From Nitrospira sp. (GTDB lineage Bacteria > Nitrospirota > Nitrospiria > Nitrospirales > Nitrospiraceae): 64,000 bases of DNA. The stretch's first letter is position 1. Every line of letters starts with the position of its first letter. The stretch covers positions 988-64,987 of the forward strand of contig JAEURV010000186.1 of assembly GCA_016788465.1 (NCBI GenBank), in the 5' to 3' direction. Shown here piece by piece: positions 1 through 8,440 of the stretch. Below the pieces are notes generated by a model. The model was given only the letters and a program-made list of their open reading frames with translations, was not told where the DNA came from and searched no databases. Position numbers and translations under genes: made by a program.

Positions 1-245
1 CTGACGATAATCTCCAGTTCACATGACTCAGTGCAGAATAGGCGGGCGGTTGCCTCTGATGGTTGAGCGTAAGTGCTAAGATTGCAATGGCTTGTCGGGG
101 TCGTGGGTGCAGCGGGTGAGATTCTCTGAGGTCTGAATCTTACTGAGGGAGATGGACAGGGGTTTCAACTCAACGGACTATCCACTGAGAAACAATTTTT
201 TTGGGGTGGAGCACGTTGTGTTGCGCACTGCAGGGTTTATCCCGA

Positions 246-905
246 CTACTTCTGAGAGTCTCGGAGGTTCCTCAGCCCGCCCACGCCTAGCCCAACCAAC
301 GCAACGAGTCCAGCGCCAAATAGAAGAACTGCCGGGGGCAACGGTACGGCTGTCAGACTTGCGATCGACCCGATAGAGGCAAAGGGAGTACCTTGTGCAT
401 CTTCAAAGAAGAGTCGCCATCTTGCCTGAGTCAGCTTCCCAAAACTTGGCGGATCTTGGAGCGCGGTACTTGTAAATAGCCCTCCCCCCGCACGGTCAAG
501 ATGGAGATCAAAACTATATGGCACGGTCCCATTCAACATAGGTCCGGTCGCTGCAGATACGAGCGCCCAACGATCGCCACTGGGCCCTCCTCCCAGAGCA
601 GTGCCCTGCGAAAGCGTAACCCCATTGATCCCTGGGGCAAAGACCGAGGTATATCCTCCAATCGTTATACGGAAATTCGTCACGGCGCCATTGTAGACGC
701 CACCATTACCATCCGTTGCCTTATTAAGTTGAAAGGAGCCTAGAACCGGAAGCGAGTCGGCAGGGTCCTGTGCGTCGGTCATGCCAGTGAACGAGTAGGA
801 CACGAATGCTGCGTGCGCTGGAGTGATGGAGAACGCCAGGGCGCAGATCACAATCGAAGCTGGTAGCCCGATTCCTCGCTTAAGGTGTTGATTTATCATT
901 GACAT
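246..905 (-). CDS. Secreted protein with PEP-CTERM-type C-terminal sorting signal
   Basis: ORF 246..959. The likely start is the internal ATG at 905, which gives the signal peptide MSMINQHLKRGIGLPASIVICALAFSITPAHA. The C-terminus VPLPPAVLLFGAGLVALVGLGVGGLRNLR is a P-x-P motif, a hydrophobic helix and a basic tail, which is the exosortase-substrate architecture. Confidence 0.7.
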   Translation of the reverse strand: MSMINQHLKRGIGLPASIVICALAFSITPAHAAFVSYSFTGMTDAQDPADSLPVLGSFQLNKATDGNGGVYNGAVTNFRITIGGYTSVFAPGINGVTLSQGTALGGGPSGDRWALVSAATGPMLNGTVPYSFDLHLDRAGGGLFTSTALQDPPSFGKLTQARWRLFFEDAQGTPFASIGSIASLTAVPLPPAVLLFGAGLVALVGLGVGGLRNLRDSQK

Positions 906-1216
906 GACGCGGCTCCTTGCTCGTGAGTCGTATAAGAGACACACATGTGAATGAATCATAGGTCAGCAAATCACAGACCAAAGTCCATACTGCTATGTTT
1001 TTGAAAAATAAGGCTTAGTTTAAGGCTCAACACGAAGCCTCTGTCACTATTGGTACAGGGGTGTTCAAATATGCATGAGCCGGGAGCAGTCGTAGGATGT
1101 GACGCTTCTATAAATGTAGGGAATGAAAGTTAGAGATTGAAGGATGTAGTGTTGAGCGTTGGCCCGGGAATGAGTGGGGTGAGCCGCTTCATGGTCAAGC
1201 GGATCACCGAGGGTGT

Positions 1217-2635
1217 TCAGTAGTGTGATTCCAGACTCGTCGGTGTCTTATTCAGCACGGTCGCAGCGGCTTGTGAGAGGGCAGCGTCATTGGCATGGTC
1301 TGGTGAGTAGATCCGAAACTGGACCAGCCTTGTGGGCAATAAATCTAAGGATTCTTCCACTAGCTCGGTCGAAACTTGGCCTGTGCCGGGATCGTAGACG
1401 TACAAGGGATTTCCGCGTGAATCTTTGGGGTCGGGCCGTGGATCCAGCAGGGCCATATCCACCCGAAAGGGAAATCGCTTCAGACGGGTCGGTAGCTCCT
1501 TGATAATTTGCTGCTCAAAGTGTCGATGGTTGGGAAAGGCCATACCGCGCTCCTGTCCCTTTTCTTTCAAGGTCGTGCTGTAGGCCATCTTCCATTTGAT
1601 GTCGCGATTTAGGATCCGCAGCCATTCCTGCCCTAATTGTTGGCGGGACTTGTTGCGGCTCTCCGTCCATCTTCGGACCTCCTCCAACAGCGACCAATCG
1701 GTCAATCTGCAATACTCATCCATATGTTCTCGCGGATCGTGGGGACAAATGAGCCTCATCGTCTCCCCAAAAATATCGCGAAGATGAATGTCGATGGCTC
1801 TGGTTGTGCGATGGAAATACACATTGGAATAGAGGTACATCCGGGTGTTGAGGAACATCTGGAGCGCTGGAAGTCCGGTCTTATGAATGGTGAATCCCTT
1901 CTCGGTCACGATGGTGTAGTGAATCAATCGTGTGAGATCGACTGGCCCTACCGCAACTCCGCACATGTACGAGTCCCGTAAGACGTAGTCCAGATTATCC
2001 CCAGTGTAGCTCCCGGAGATGACGGGTTGGAGCATGTTGAGCCATCGAGGGAGCTGGGAGTTGTCCTTGCCCTTTTCTTTGAGGATCAGATGGGCAATCT
2101 GGTCCGGGTTCAACTCTTCACCCTTGGCGAAGGGACCGGAGGGACTTCGGCGGATTTTCTTAATCAAGGGAGCGAGATGGTCTCGGATGATAAGTTGTCC
2201 CAATCGTTCATGGGTCAAGCCAAATCCATGGAGAAAATTGTCATCAAAGAAATGGCAGAACGGCCCATGTCCGATGTCGTGCACCAAGGCCGTGATTCGT
2301 AAGAGCTCCTCCACATAATTGGCCGACGGTACGTCTTTGACGGTTTTCTTAAGAAAAGGATACAAATGTCGAGCGAATCGCCCTGCCACATGCATGGTCC
2401 CTAAAGAGTGGACGAATCTGGTGTGTTCGGCTGACGGATAGACCCAACGGGCACTTTGCAACTGATAGATGTATCGTAATCGCTGGACCCAGGGGGAGTC
2501 GATCAGGTCCTTCTCCGTATGTTCTTGTGGGTCGGGGGTTGCAAACGGGACCGTAAAGGTGACGTACTCGTGAATCGGATCTGCGATGAGGGCGGAGCCA
2601 TCGTAGGGGGCATCAGGACGGTCTAATGGTTCCAT
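1217..2635 (-). CDS. HD-domain phosphohydrolase, dNTP triphosphohydrolase (SAMHD1/dGTPase)-like
   Basis: 472-aa ORF with HSLGTMHVA and ALVHDIGHGPFCHFFD (HD metal-binding signature). Overall length and layout match dGTPase-like HD proteins. Confidence 0.75.
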   Translation of the reverse strand: MEPLDRPDAPYDGSALIADPIHEYVTFTVPFATPDPQEHTEKDLIDSPWVQRLRYIYQLQSARWVYPSAEHTRFVHSLGTMHVAGRFARHLYPFLKKTVKDVPSANYVEELLRITALVHDIGHGPFCHFFDDNFLHGFGLTHERLGQLIIRDHLAPLIKKIRRSPSGPFAKGEELNPDQIAHLILKEKGKDNSQLPRWLNMLQPVISGSYTGDNLDYVLRDSYMCGVAVGPVDLTRLIHYTIVTEKGFTIHKTGLPALQMFLNTRMYLYSNVYFHRTTRAIDIHLRDIFGETMRLICPHDPREHMDEYCRLTDWSLLEEVRRWTESRNKSRQQLGQEWLRILNRDIKWKMAYSTTLKEKGQERGMAFPNHRHFEQQIIKELPTRLKRFPFRVDMALLDPRPDPKDSRGNPLYVYDPGTGQVSTELVEESLDLLPTRLVQFRIYSPDHANDAALSQAAATVLNKTPTSLESHY

Positions 2636-2649
2636 AGCTGGTGAATATC

Positions 2650-3162
2650 TTAGCCCAGCCCGTTCGAGGGCGGCAATGGTTTGGCCGAGTCGGATGCCGA
2701 CTCAGCCCTGTATTTTGTAATAAAGAAATACGCAGCGGGGTACGAAACCAAGGTGCCGAGTACACTGAGGATGACACCTCCCAGTACAAATGGGCCAGCG
2801 TAAGGGAGGACTTGGTCATAGATACCGCTAAAGCTCAAGTCGTGCCAGTCGAAGGTCGGTGTATCGGTGCGTCCTAGGATATAGGCTCCGGTCCAATAGG
2901 TTGCGCCTAAGATCGGAATGATGGTCCAGGGGTTATTGATTAACGCTCCGGTTAACAAGGCGATAAAGTTGAGACCGAACAGCCAGGTGCACAGCGCGAC
3001 CATGGCCGTATGCAGACCATACGCGGGTGAAAAGGCAATAAAGACACCCAATGCAAAGGCCAAGGCCGTCCGGCGCGGGGATTCTTGCAGATGAAGGACT
3101 TGGCGCAAGAGAGCACGGAACGATCGGCCCCCTTTCACCGGATGTTTGCTGAGTTCAGACAT
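2650..3162 (-). CDS. Small integral membrane protein, DUF2062-like
   Basis: 170 aa with a basic N-terminus followed by several hydrophobic helices (ALAFALGVFIAFSPAYGLHTAMVALCTWLFGLNFIALLTGALINNPWT). Its start abuts the thiL stop. Confidence 0.6.
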   Translation of the reverse strand: MSELSKHPVKGGRSFRALLRQVLHLQESPRRTALAFALGVFIAFSPAYGLHTAMVALCTWLFGLNFIALLTGALINNPWTIIPILGATYWTGAYILGRTDTPTFDWHDLSFSGIYDQVLPYAGPFVLGGVILSVLGTLVSYPAAYFFITKYRAESASDSAKPLPPSNGLG

Positions 3163-4205
3163 TAATGAAAATGCTCATAGCTGGTAACCGGCAGTGGTTG
3201 CGTCTTCCCGCCGGATGACATTTGAATTCCAAATCGCTTCGGACGAATTGTGCCGATGCAGGTTACGTGATAGCCGCGCGTACGAGCTTGGTGTTCAATC
3301 ATACTTCGGGCGCTCGGAGCGGCGGTGAAGAGCAGCTCATAGTCTTCTCCTCCTGTGAGCGCGAGCTGAACGGGTGAGGTACCCGCTGCATGGCCGTAGG
3401 CTTGGCAGGCTGGCGAGATTGGTAGGCTCTCGATCTCGATTTCAGCGCCGACTCGACTGGCCTCACACAAGTGCCGAAGATCTCCCGATAGACCATCAGA
3501 TACATCGATGGCGGCAGAGGCCAGCTGTTGCTGATTCAACCACTGTCCTTCAGCCACTCTTGCCGTTGGGTGGAAGTGGCGGTCTATCAGAAACCGTTGA
3601 TGCGCGGAGGACAAGGGTATCCTGCGCCTGATCGAGCGTCGCCCTCTGTGGACCGGCAGCACGAGGCGAAGGCCAGCGAGAGAGTCTCCGAGTGTTCCGG
3701 TGACGTAGATGAGGTCTCCAACGTGAGCTCCATGACGAAATAGCGCTTGCTGTGTGGGGGTGGTGCCGATAAGCGTAATATTGAGAAAGAGCCCGGTCTT
3801 GGAGGCGGACGTATCACCACCAATGAGCGCAACGCGATCATGATGACATGCGTCCATCAAGCCACTGTAGATCTTGACGATGTGCGATGAGTTCAGGGTT
3901 TTTGGAATGGCGAGTGAGACGACCATATAGCGAGGGACTGCTCCCATGGCGGCAAGATCGCTCAGGTTGGCCATGCCAGCCCGATACCCAATAGACTGAG
4001 GAGACGCAGATTTGAAGTCGAAATGGATGCCTTCAGCGAGCAGGTCTGTTGTGATGTGCCACCAGGTCTGGGAAGTTGGTTCCACAACCGCCGCATCGTC
4101 ACCGATACCTTTGATAAGTCCTGGCGCGTGGCGAGCGAACTGACGCGCCAGTCCACGGATCAGCGGGAACTCCTGGATGGTTGAGTTGGCCTTGCGATTG
4201 GCCAC
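3162..4205 (-). CDS. thiL: Thiamine-monophosphate kinase
   Basis: 347 aa carrying the AIR-synthase-like motifs GIGDDAAVV, ALIGGDTS and AIDVSDGLSGDL. Confidence 0.85.
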   Translation of the reverse strand: MANRKANSTIQEFPLIRGLARQFARHAPGLIKGIGDDAAVVEPTSQTWWHITTDLLAEGIHFDFKSASPQSIGYRAGMANLSDLAAMGAVPRYMVVSLAIPKTLNSSHIVKIYSGLMDACHHDRVALIGGDTSASKTGLFLNITLIGTTPTQQALFRHGAHVGDLIYVTGTLGDSLAGLRLVLPVHRGRRSIRRRIPLSSAHQRFLIDRHFHPTARVAEGQWLNQQQLASAAIDVSDGLSGDLRHLCEASRVGAEIEIESLPISPACQAYGHAAGTSPVQLALTGGEDYELLFTAAPSARSMIEHQARTRGYHVTCIGTIRPKRFGIQMSSGGKTQPLPVTSYEHFH

Positions 4206-4214
4206 TAGGTGATC

Positions 4215-6713
4215 CTATGAGCGAGCTGGGCGCCGGCCAGCCATCACTGTGGCTGGGAGCTCGGGAGACCGCCGCCCTTTGCCAGATCGGAGAGGGCGGA
4301 TACGGGCTGGTGCCGGAGGGGCTGGTTGTTTTTTTGAAGCCGGCGGCGTGTTCCTACGTCGACGGAGCGCGACCTTTATGACATCGTCCATGGTATCGAC
4401 AAACGCCAACTGAATGCCTTTCAGGAGGTGTTTGGGAATTTCTTCGAGATCTTTTTTGTTCCGGCGAGGCAGGATGACAGTCGTCAGCTTAGCCCGTTTG
4501 GCCGCCAGGATCTTTTCTTTCAACCCTCCGATGGGAAGGACACGGCCGCGGAGAGTAATTTCTCCCGTCATGGCTAGGTCCCGCCTTGTGGGAATACCAG
4601 AAAAGGCCGAGGCAATAGCCGTAGCCATTGTGATGCCGGCTGAAGGCCCATCCTTTGGAATGGCACCAGCGGGGACATGAATATGCAGGTCTTGCTTGCT
4701 GAACATGGAGGGATCGATGTTCAGGCTTTTCTCCCTCGAACGGACATAGCTGAGGGCAGCTTGAGCGGACTCTTTCATGACATCCCCCAGGTGGCCGGTG
4801 AGGGTCAACTGGCCTTTGCCCTTCATGACGGTCGCCTCGATATACAGCACATCGCCACCTGCTTCGGTCCAGGCCAGACCGGTAGCGACACCGGTCTCAT
4901 CTTGTTCGAGCTCAGCTTCCGGAACATATTTTGAGACACCAAGGTACTTATTGATATTGGACGGATCAATGGAGAAGCCCTGTCCCTTACCCTCAGCCAC
5001 TTTCTTCGCGACCTTGCGCATGACGTTTGCGATCTCACGCTCGAGATTCCGAACCCCGGCTTCCCTGGTGTAGTGCGAGATGATTTGTCTGATGGCAGGT
5101 TCCGTGAGCTGAACATGCTTGCTTGTGATGCCGTGTTCTTCCAGCTGGCGTGGAATCAAGTAGCGCTGAGCGATACCGAGTTTCTCTTCTTCGGTGTACC
5201 CTGGGATTTCGATGACCTCCATCCGGTCGCGTAGTGCAGGCAGAATCGGATCGATCAAATTAGCCGTAGTGATGAACATCACTTCGGTTAGATCGAACGG
5301 GACTCCGAGGTAGTGGTCGGTGAAGGCCGTGTTTTGCTCTGGGTCGAGCACTTCGAGTAAAGCCGCCGAGGGGTCGCCTCGGAAATCCATTCCCACTTTA
5401 TCTACCTCATCCAGCATGAACACCGGATTGCTGGTACCTGCCTGCTTCATGCCTTGGATGATACGGCCGGGTAATGCTCCGACGTAGGTGCGGCGATGGC
5501 CGCGGATTTCTGCCTCGTCCCGCACGCCGCCCAGACTGATGCGTACAAACTCGCGGCCGAGGGCTTTGGCAATCGATTTGCCCAACGAGGTTTTCCCCAC
5601 GCCGGGTGGGCCGACGAAACACAAGATCGGTCCCTTCATTTTCTCTTTAAGTTTCCGAACAGCCAGATATTCAAGGATGCGTTCTTTGACCTTTTCAAGA
5701 TTGTAGTGGTCTTCGTTCAGTACCTTAGCAGCGGCTTTCAACTCAAGATTGTCTTTCGAGCGCTTCGACCATGGCAATTCGACCATCCATTCCAAATAGG
5801 TACGGACGGTGGCGGACTCAGCGGTGTCGGGATGCATTTTCTCAAGGCGTTTCAGCTGTTTTTCTGCTTCCTTTAGAACCTTTTCTGGCATCTTGGCGTC
5901 TTTGATGCGTTTGCGGAATTCCGTGATTTCTTCCGCGCGTTCATCCAGTTCACCCAACTCCTTCTGAATCGCCTTCAGCTGTTCCCGGAGGAAGTATTCG
6001 CGCTGGGTCTTGTCCATCTCGCCTTTGGCCTGCGCTTGGATTTTCTGTTGCATGGAGAGAACTTCAATTTCTTTCCCGAGAATGTCGCTGACCTGGCGAA
6101 GCCGCTGAATCGGGTCTGCACTTTCCAAGACGGCTTGGGTCGTATCGACTTTGAGTCCAAGATTGGAAGCGACCATGTCGGCCAAGCGTCCCGGCTCCTC
6201 GAGATTTTCAATGACGACCATGACATCGGGGATCAAGACCTTGCCCAAGCTGACGATTCGCTCGATCTGTTCCTTGACGGTCCGCATCACGGCTTCGGCC
6301 TCTAGGGGCGTGGCCGTGGGCTTCGTGTCGGGGACTTTGTCGATTCGAACGGAATAGTATGGGTCGGTTTGGATATATTTATTGATCTTGGCTTTGGCGA
6401 TACCTTGGACCAAGATTTTGATGCGTTCATCCGGTAGTTTCAGCATTCGCATGATGATGCCGACGGTCCCAACCGTGTGAATATCCTTAGGGGTTGGGTT
6501 CTCGACATCCAGTGCTTTTTGGGTGGCAAGGAATATCATCCGGTTGCCGGCCAAGGCGGCTTCGATGGCCTTGATCGACATGTCGCGTCCAACGAACAGG
6601 GGAAGGACCATGTAGGGAAAGACGACAATGTCTCGAACCGGTAGCAGCGGGAGCTGGCTAGGAACCTCAATATTTTGGGGCGCCTGGATATCTTGCTCGT
6701 TTGGGTCAGTCAT
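4215..6713 (-). CDS. lon: ATP-dependent Lon protease (LonA type) with a ~49-aa basic/Pro-rich C-terminal tail
   Basis: 832 aa. N-terminal LON domain ([23 protein letters not shown]), Walker [10 protein letters not shown], and protease serine motif [13 protein letters not shown]. Confidence 0.95.
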   Translation of the reverse strand: MTDPNEQDIQAPQNIEVPSQLPLLPVRDIVVFPYMVLPLFVGRDMSIKAIEAALAGNRMIFLATQKALDVENPTPKDIHTVGTVGIIMRMLKLPDERIKILVQGIAKAKINKYIQTDPYYSVRIDKVPDTKPTATPLEAEAVMRTVKEQIERIVSLGKVLIPDVMVVIENLEEPGRLADMVASNLGLKVDTTQAVLESADPIQRLRQVSDILGKEIEVLSMQQKIQAQAKGEMDKTQREYFLREQLKAIQKELGELDERAEEITEFRKRIKDAKMPEKVLKEAEKQLKRLEKMHPDTAESATVRTYLEWMVELPWSKRSKDNLELKAAAKVLNEDHYNLEKVKERILEYLAVRKLKEKMKGPILCFVGPPGVGKTSLGKSIAKALGREFVRISLGGVRDEAEIRGHRRTYVGALPGRIIQGMKQAGTSNPVFMLDEVDKVGMDFRGDPSAALLEVLDPEQNTAFTDHYLGVPFDLTEVMFITTANLIDPILPALRDRMEVIEIPGYTEEEKLGIAQRYLIPRQLEEHGITSKHVQLTEPAIRQIISHYTREAGVRNLEREIANVMRKVAKKVAEGKGQGFSIDPSNINKYLGVSKYVPEAELEQDETGVATGLAWTEAGGDVLYIEATVMKGKGQLTLTGHLGDVMKESAQAALSYVRSREKSLNIDPSMFSKQDLHIHVPAGAIPKDGPSAGITMATAIASAFSGIPTRRDLAMTGEITLRGRVLPIGGLKEKILAAKRAKLTTVILPRRNKKDLEEIPKHLLKGIQLAFVDTMDDVIKVALRRRRNTPPASKKQPAPPAPARIRPLRSGKGRRSPELPATVMAGRRPARS

Positions 6714-6749
6714 AATATATGGGCCTGTTCTGTTGATCTACATATGGAA

Positions 6750-6770
6750 CCCTGGTTCAACGAACCAGGG
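6750..6770. promoter_or_regulatory. Perfect 8-bp inverted repeat (CCCTGGTT-N5-AACCAGGG) upstream of lon
   Basis: Read directly: ccctggtt caacg aaccaggg, about 40-60 nt upstream of the lon start codon (6713, minus strand). No T-run follows on either strand, so an operator or 5'-UTR hairpin is more likely than a terminator. Confidence 0.3.
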
Positions 6771-6954
6771 CGCTGTTGCCGCTATCATATTCTTGGGATG
6801 GTCTATTCCCCTCATTGCCGTACGCCGTGTTCAGGAAGAAGCGTCAATAGAGATTGTGCGAAGTGCTGAGCGAACAATCCGCTCACCATAAAATTTGGTG
6901 CCGATGGCCGTTGCTGCGATCCGTGTGTCTGGGTGCCCATCAGGGCCGACAGGA

Positions 6955-7851
6955 TCATCCGCGACGGTTCGTCGATGTGGTGTGCATTCTGGTCGAGAGA
7001 TAGTCGCGGAATTCCGCCCCCAATGCTGGGTTCTTTAAGGCAAACTCCACGGTGGCGATCAAAAAGCCTAGTTTGTCTCCAGCGTCGTGGCGCTGACCCT
7101 CGACCTCGAGTGCATACATCGGAGATTTTTTTGCCAGTGTCTTGAGCGCATCAGTCAACTGAATTTCTCCGTTCTTTCCTGGGGCTGTTTTTCTCAGGAT
7201 AGGAAAGATTTCCGGAGGAAGCACATAGCGGCCGATCACGGCGAGTGTGGAAGGCGCATCGGCGGGTGACGGTTTCTCAACCAAATCCTCAACGCGGTGT
7301 AAGCCGTGAGAAAGGCGTTTCGGAGTGACGATGCCATATCGGCTGACATCCGTCTTCGGAACATCCTGGACGCCAAGAACCGCCCCGTGTCGTTTCTTAT
7401 AGACGTGGATTAATTGAGCGAGTCCCGGTACATCGGCATCGATGATTTCGTCTCCCAGAATCACCGCGAATGGCTCGTCTCCAATCAGATGCTGGGCACA
7501 CAAAACGGCATGTCCCAAGCCCAGTGCCTCTGATTGGCGGACATAGCAGAAGTTCGCGAGGTTGGAAATCTGTCGAATCTGATGAAGGACCTGGCTCTTT
7601 CCTGTCCCCTTCAAATTCTCTTCTAACTCGACGGAACGGTCGAAGTGGTCTTCAATGGCGCGTTTGCCTCGCCCCGTGACCACAATGATATCTTCGATGC
7701 CTGAGGCCACCGCTTCTTCAACCGTATATTGAATGAGCGGCTTGTCGACCAGGGGCAACATCTCCTTAGGAGAGGCTTTGGTTGCAGGAAGGAATCGTGT
7801 GCCAAGACCAGCGGCAGGGATGACGGCTTTTCTGACTCCAAGTCGAGACAT
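6955..7851 (-). CDS. galU: UTP-glucose-1-phosphate uridylyltransferase
   Basis: The family signature begins at the internal Met: MSRLGVRKAVIPAAGLGTRFLPATKASPKEMLPLVDKPLIQY. The 49 upstream in-frame codons (to 7998) have no family counterpart, so the start is placed at ATG 7851. Confidence 0.85.
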   Translation of the reverse strand: MSRLGVRKAVIPAAGLGTRFLPATKASPKEMLPLVDKPLIQYTVEEAVASGIEDIIVVTGRGKRAIEDHFDRSVELEENLKGTGKSQVLHQIRQISNLANFCYVRQSEALGLGHAVLCAQHLIGDEPFAVILGDEIIDADVPGLAQLIHVYKKRHGAVLGVQDVPKTDVSRYGIVTPKRLSHGLHRVEDLVEKPSPADAPSTLAVIGRYVLPPEIFPILRKTAPGKNGEIQLTDALKTLAKKSPMYALEVEGQRHDAGDKLGFLIATVEFALKNPALGAEFRDYLSTRMHTTSTNRRG

Positions 7852-8440
7852 GTGAGGATAGTATGTGATGAATTGAGTGAAGTCAAGAAACAGGCGAACA
7901 GATTGCACGGAATCTGAATCGAGCACTAAGTGATCGCCGAGGGTAGTGAGAATGAGTTCAGGTGCTGTGATGGCCGACTTCTGTGTGGTGTCAATCATGA
8001 CTCGTTGAGGTGCAGCATTCCGTCATGAATCATCTTTCGTTGGGCAAGAACCGCACGATGTCACGCGGGTGATTGCTTGATATGGAGTAGTAGGGAAATC
8101 AAACTGAATCGACATGTATAGGTGGTTGGGACTCGTTGCGCATGGTTCAACAGATAACGAGCGCGGGCACCGGCGAGTCTCGCGGTAAGGAGGAGGTCGC
8201 TGCTTTACAATGTGTGACGACCTCAATATAATCCGGAAGTTTTGCAATCCTGTGGTGTGTCCAGAGACTGACAGGATTACTGCCTGTGCGAGGAACCTGT
8301 GTAAGAACGCTGCCAGTTGGTGACTGGTACGTTATCTGTGTCAAATCAAAAGCCGGGCTTGTTACGTATTCTGCGGAACCTATTATTTTGATGATGTCGC
8401 CCCTACCGTCCATCTCCGCTTTGTATCAAAGGAACCCTCA

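Noticed and set aside
152-376. Small plus-strand ORFs at the window start (152..376, 501..743) and inside spacers (51384..51644 minus, 8023..8413 minus).
   Set aside because: They overlap or oppose better-supported genes, or have no start context, motif or family resemblance.
1217-2635. HD-domain dNTPase-like protein considered as an antiphage dNTP-depletion defence gene.
   Set aside because: It is a single gene in a housekeeping neighbourhood (thiL, lon) with no defence-island context. The family also has housekeeping members, and nothing in the sequence distinguishes the two roles.
6955-7998. Full-length 347-aa version of the galU ORF, starting at 7998.
   Set aside because: The GalU family N-terminus (K-A-V-I-P-A-A-G-L-G-T-R) begins 6 residues after the internal Met at 7851. 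The upstream 49 codons have no counterpart in the family.
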